From Pseudomonas aeruginosa (GTDB lineage: Bacteria > Pseudomonadota > Gammaproteobacteria > Pseudomonadales > Pseudomonadaceae): a DNA stretch of 32,000 nucleotides. Where the stretch lies: NCBI RefSeq assembly GCF_001457615.1, contig NZ_LN831024.1, positions 1,440,001 through 1,472,000 on the forward strand. Reading direction: 5' to 3'. Both the position numbers and the translations under genes were made by a program. The stretch's first letter is position 1; every line of letters begins with the position of its first letter. The notes under the pieces are model-generated. The model searched no databases. It was not told the origin of the DNA and saw nothing but the letters and a program-made list of their open reading frames with translations. Shown piece by piece: positions 28,019 to 32,000 of this stretch.

Positions 28019-29547
28019 GCGAGCCATCGATCGTTCTCATCGGTATCGTCGGTACCGGTGCCATGGGCCAGGGCATCGCCCAGCTCGCTGCCTGTGCCGG
28101 GCTGTCGGTGCTGCTCTACGACAGCCGCCAGGGGGCGGCGCTGCAAGCGCGCGAGCAGATCGCCACGGTCCTTGCCCGGCAGGTGGAGCGGGGCCGGCTG
28201 GAGGCGGAGGCTGTCGAGCGCGCGATGGGCAATCTGCGGGTGGTCGAGGACTTGCGGGTCCTAGGCGGCTGCCAGTTGGTGATCGAGGCGATCGTCGAGA
28301 ACCTGGAGGCCAAGCAGGCGTTGTTCCGCCAATTGGAAGAGGTGGTCGGCGACGAAGCGATCCTCGCCAGCAATACCTCCTCGCTGTCGGTTACCGCGAT
28401 CGCCTCGGCCTGTCGCGATCCCGGCCGGGTCGCCGGTCTGCACTTCTTCAATCCGGTGCCGCTGATGCGTCTGGTGGAGGTGATCGAGGGTCTCGCCACC
28501 CGCACCGGCATCGCCGAGCGACTGTGCGCCCTGGTGGCGACCTTCGGCCACCAGGCGGTGCGTGCCACGGACAGCCCCGGCTTCATCGTCAACCATGCCG
28601 GACGGGCCTTCGGCACCGAGGCGCTGCGTATCCTCGGCGAGGGCGTGGCGCCGGTGGCGGCGATCGACGAAGTCCTGCGCGAGGGCGCCGGCTTCCGCAT
28701 GGGCCCGTTCGAGCTGTTCGACCTGGTCGGGTTGGACGTCAGCCTGCCGGTGATGGAGTCGATCTACCGGCAGTACTACGAGGAGCCGCGTTATCGTCCG
28801 CATCCCTTGCTGCGCCAGATGCTCGCCGCCGGCCGCCTGGGGCGCAAGAGCGGCCAGGGCTTCTACCGCTACGACGGCGCTGGGCAGGTGCCCGTCGCCG
28901 CCCCGGCGGTTGCGCCAGGCGCGGCGTTGCCGCCGGTGTGGCTGGGCGTCGACGACGAACATGACCGCGCGCCATTGCTGACGTTGCTACAACGTCTGGG
29001 CGCCGAGGTGGAGAGCGGCGAGCGTCCTTCCGGGGCGGCGTTGTGCCTGCTTGCGCCACTGGGCGCCGACGTCAGCGCCGCAGCGCGGCGGTTCGCCGTC
29101 GATCCGACGCGCAGCCTGGCCATCGACGTGCTGTCGGACCTGGAGCGACACCGCTGCCTGATGGCCTGCCCGGCGACCCGAGCGGAGCTGCAGCAGGCGG
29201 CTCGCACCCTGTTCGCACGGGACGGCGTGGGCGTCACGCTGATTCGCGACAGCGCCGGGTTCATCGTCCAGCGCACCCTCGCCTCGATCGTCAATCTCGC
29301 CTGCGACATCGCCCAGCAGGGTATCGCTTCGGTGGAGCACATCGACCTGGCGGTGCGCCTCGGTCTCGGCTATCCGCTGGGGCCGCTGGAGTGGGGCGAC
29401 CGAATGGGTGCCGGGCGCGTGCTGCGCATCCTCGAACGCCTGCATGCGCTCAGCGGCGACCCGCGCTATCGCCCCAGCCCCTGGCTGCGCCGGCGCGCCC
29501 AACTGGGCCTTTCCCTGCGCCAGCCGGACAGCCCGTTGGCCTCCTGA
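28015..29547 (+). CDS. 3-hydroxyacyl-CoA dehydrogenase, PaaH-like (510 aa, two C-terminal HCDH domains)
   Basis: ATGA overlap with the hydratase; IGIVGTGAMGQGIAQLAACAGLSVLLYD, ASNTSSLSVTAIASACRDPGRVAGLHFFNPVPLMRLVEVIEGLAT, duplicated GFIVNHAGRAFG/GFIVQRTLASIV regions. Confidence 0.93.
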   Translation: MSEPSIVLIGIVGTGAMGQGIAQLAACAGLSVLLYDSRQGAALQAREQIATVLARQVERGRLEAEAVERAMGNLRVVEDLRVLGGCQLVIEAIVENLEAKQALFRQLEEVVGDEAILASNTSSLSVTAIASACRDPGRVAGLHFFNPVPLMRLVEVIEGLATRTGIAERLCALVATFGHQAVRATDSPGFIVNHAGRAFGTEALRILGEGVAPVAAIDEVLREGAGFRMGPFELFDLVGLDVSLPVMESIYRQYYEEPRYRPHPLLRQMLAAGRLGRKSGQGFYRYDGAGQVPVAAPAVAPGAALPPVWLGVDDEHDRAPLLTLLQRLGAEVESGERPSGAALCLLAPLGADVSAAARRFAVDPTRSLAIDVLSDLERHRCLMACPATRAELQQAARTLFARDGVGVTLIRDSAGFIVQRTLASIVNLACDIAQQGIASVEHIDLAVRLGLGYPLGPLEWGDRMGAGRVLRILERLHALSGDPRYRPSPWLRRRAQLGLSLRQPDSPLAS

Positions 29548-29569
29548 TCCCTTCGCGGAGAAACACACC

Positions 29570-30775
29570 ATGCTCGATGCCTATATCTACGCCGGCCTGC
29601 GTACGCCTTTCGGCCGGCATGCCGGTGCACTCTCGACGGTGCGTCCGGACGACCTGGCCGGCCTGCTGCTGGCGCGTCTCGCGGAAACCTCCGGGTTCGC
29701 CGTCGACGACCTGGAGGATGTGATCCTCGGTTGCACCAACCAGGCCGGCGAAGACAGCCGCAACCTGGCGCGCAACGCGCTGCTCGCAGCCGGCCTGCCG
29801 GCGCGGCTGCCCGGACAGACGGTCAACCGCTTGTGTGCCAGCGGACTGTCGGCGGTGATCGACGCGGCGCGCGCGATCAGTTGCGGCGAGGGTCGGCTGT
29901 ACCTGGCCGGCGGCGCCGAAAGCATGTCCCGGGCGCCGTTCGTCATGGGCAAGGCGGAGAGCGCCTTCAGCCGCACGCTGGAGGTCTTCGACAGCACCAT
30001 CGGCGCGCGCTTCGCCAACCCCAGGCTGGTCGAGCGCTATGGCAACGACAGCATGCCGGAGACCGGCGACAACGTGGCCCGCGCCTTCGGCATCGCCCGC
30101 GAAGACGCCGACCGTTTCGCCGCTTCTTCCCAGGCGCGCTACCAGGCTGCGCTGGAGGAGGGCTTTTTCCTCGGCGAGATCCTTCCGGTGGAGGTGCGTG
30201 CCGGACGCAAGGGCGAGACGCGGCTGGTGGAGCGCGACGAGCATCCGCGGCCGCAGGCCGACCTGGCGGCCCTGGCGCGCTTGCCGGCGTTGTTCGCCGG
30301 CGGGGTAGTGACCGCCGGCAATGCCTCGGGGATCAACGACGGGGCGGCGGTAGTGCTGCTGGGCGACCGCGCGATCGGCGAGCGCGAGGGCATCCGGCCG
30401 TTGGCGCGGATCCTCGCCAGCGCCAGCGTCGGCGTCGAGCCCCGGTTGATGGGCATCGGCCCGCAGCAGGCGATCCTCCGCGCGCTGCAACGCGCCGGCA
30501 TCGACCTGGACGAGGTCGGCCTGATCGAGATCAACGAAGCCTTCGCGCCGCAGGTCCTGGCCTGCCTGAAGTTGCTCGGCCTGGACTACGAGGACCCGCG
30601 GGTCAATCCCCATGGCGGCGCCATTGCCCTCGGCCATCCGCTCGGCGCCTCCGGTGCGCGCCTGGTGCTCACCGCCGCCCGCGGGCTGCAACGCATCGAG
30701 CGGCGCTACGCGGTGGTCAGCCTGTGCGTCGGGCTCGGCCAGGGCGTGGCGATGGTGATCGAGCGCTGCCGATGA
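29570..30775 (+). CDS. Thiolase, PcaF/PaaJ-like (3-oxoadipyl-CoA thiolase subgroup)
   Basis: YIYAGLRTPFGRHAGALS...GCTNQAGEDSRNLARNALLAAGLP...LYLAGGAESMSRAPFVMGKAESAFSR...NPHGGAIALGHPLGASGARLVLTA...VSLCVGLGQGVAMVIE. Confidence 0.93.
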   Translation: MLDAYIYAGLRTPFGRHAGALSTVRPDDLAGLLLARLAETSGFAVDDLEDVILGCTNQAGEDSRNLARNALLAAGLPARLPGQTVNRLCASGLSAVIDAARAISCGEGRLYLAGGAESMSRAPFVMGKAESAFSRTLEVFDSTIGARFANPRLVERYGNDSMPETGDNVARAFGIAREDADRFAASSQARYQAALEEGFFLGEILPVEVRAGRKGETRLVERDEHPRPQADLAALARLPALFAGGVVTAGNASGINDGAAVVLLGDRAIGEREGIRPLARILASASVGVEPRLMGIGPQQAILRALQRAGIDLDEVGLIEINEAFAPQVLACLKLLGLDYEDPRVNPHGGAIALGHPLGASGARLVLTAARGLQRIERRYAVVSLCVGLGQGVAMVIERCR

Positions 30776-30829
30776 GACACCGTTCCCCCTAGAAAAAGAG
30801 GCGCCCAGGCGCCCGTTCGGAGTGCGTAT

Positions 30830-32000
30830 GAACAACAACAAGAAATGCGCGTTTTTCCTGCTGCCGATCCTTGCCGGCGATAGCGTTCCCGCCTTGGCCG
30901 AGGGCTTCCTCGAAGACTCGCGGGCCAGCCTGGCCTTGCGCAACTTCTACATGAACCGCGACTTCCGCGATGGCGCGGGACGTGCGAAAAGCGAGGAGTG
31001 GGCCCAGGGCTTTCTCTTCGACTACCGCTCGGGCTATACCGAGGGCACCCTCGGCGTGGGTCTCGACCTGCTGGGCAAGCTCGGCGTCCGGCTCGATTCC
31101 GGCGCGGGGCGTAGCGGCACCGGCCTGCTTCCGCTTCGCGACGATGGCAGCGCGGCGGGCGACTACGCGCGGCTGGACGCGACCGCCAAGCTGCGCCTGT
31201 CGCGCAGCGAACTGAAGGTCGGCGGCCTGGTACCGAAGCTACCGACCATCCAGCCCAACTACGGGCGGCTATTCCCCCAGGTGTTCCAGGGCGCGCTGCT
31301 GACTTCCGGTGAACTGAGCGGACTGAGCCTGAACCTGGGACGGCTGACCGAGGTCAGCCAGCGCAACGAGGCGGGCACCAGCGACCTGGCGCTGTTCAAC
31401 CGCAACCGGCGTTTCGCCGGCGCGGCGCAGGCGGACCGTTTCGACCTGGCCGGCCTGGACTACCGTATCGCCCCGGACTGGACCGGCAGCTACCACTATG
31501 GCGAACTGGAGCAGGTCTACGCCCAGCATTTCCTCGGTCTCAAGGGGCGCATCGGCATCGCTGCGGACAGCCTGGAGAGCGACTTGCGCCTGGCGCTCAG
31601 CCGGGATACCGGCGGCGCTCGCGGCGGGCGCATCGACAACCGTTCCTTCAGCGGGTCGCTCACCTACCGCCTGCGCAACGGCCAGGCCTTCGGCCTGGGC
31701 TACCAGCGGATGAGCGGCGACCACGGTTTCCCCTACCTGGAGGGGACCGATCCGTACCTGGTCAATTTCGGCCAGTACAACGACTTCGCCGAGGCTGGCG
31801 AATCCTCCTGGCAACTGCGCTACGACTGCGACTTCGCGCCGCTCGGGGTGCCCGGCCTGAGCCTGATGACGCGCTATTTCAGCGGCCATGGCGCGAAACC
31901 GAAGGGCGCCGACGGCAGTCGCGAGTGGGAACGCGACAGCGACCTGCGCTACGTGTTGCAGGGCGGTGCGCTGAAGGGACTGGGGCTGGTCTGGCGCAAC
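30830..32000 (+). CDS. OprD-family outer membrane porin, truncated by window end
   Basis: Manual translation: MNNNKKCAFFLLPILAGDSVPALAEGFLEDSRASLALRNFYMNRDFRDGAGRAKSEEWAQGFLFDYRSGYTEGTLGVGLDLLGKLGVRLDSG; OprD/PhaK family pattern; open to 32000. Position matches the OpdR porin locus from memory. Confidence 0.93.

Noticed and set aside
30800-30816. GGCGCCCAGGCGCC inverted repeat as terminator before the porin gene
   Set aside because: Very short loop and no T-run; likely chance structure in GC-rich sequence, and the porin may be co-transcribed with the thiolase.

Overview
The window looks like Pseudomonas aeruginosa-type core chromosome. The species call comes from recognising the gene content and order; no database search was run. 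It is gene-dense, high-GC and almost fully coding. In order: recA-recX with a LexA box; a LOG-family protein; a beta-CASP/MBL hydrolase divergent from a phosphoketolase-like TPP enzyme; two small proteins; a potABCD-type polyamine ABC operon (minus strand); a DTW-domain tRNA modification enzyme; an EamA-type exporter; an ErdR-like response regulator; dgkA; a GltB-like FMN protein; type B L31 and L36 genes behind a Zur-like box (the L36 gene is absent from the ORF track); a LuxR regulator divergent from a nitrilase-fold amidohydrolase; an APC permease; an Ada-like protein; an MHS/MFS transporter; a LysR regulator; and a five-gene acyl-CoA catabolic cluster followed by an OprD-family porin that runs off the window. 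I found no CRISPR array, prophage, transposon, tRNA/rRNA or obvious defence system. The best leads are the acyl-CoA cluster, which reads like a dicarboxylate or ring-cleavage-product pathway with an AidB-like dehydrogenase; repeated CTTATCGA half-sites on both sides of the LysR gene; and the divergent phosphoketolase-like/MBL pair. None of these is proof of a new system.
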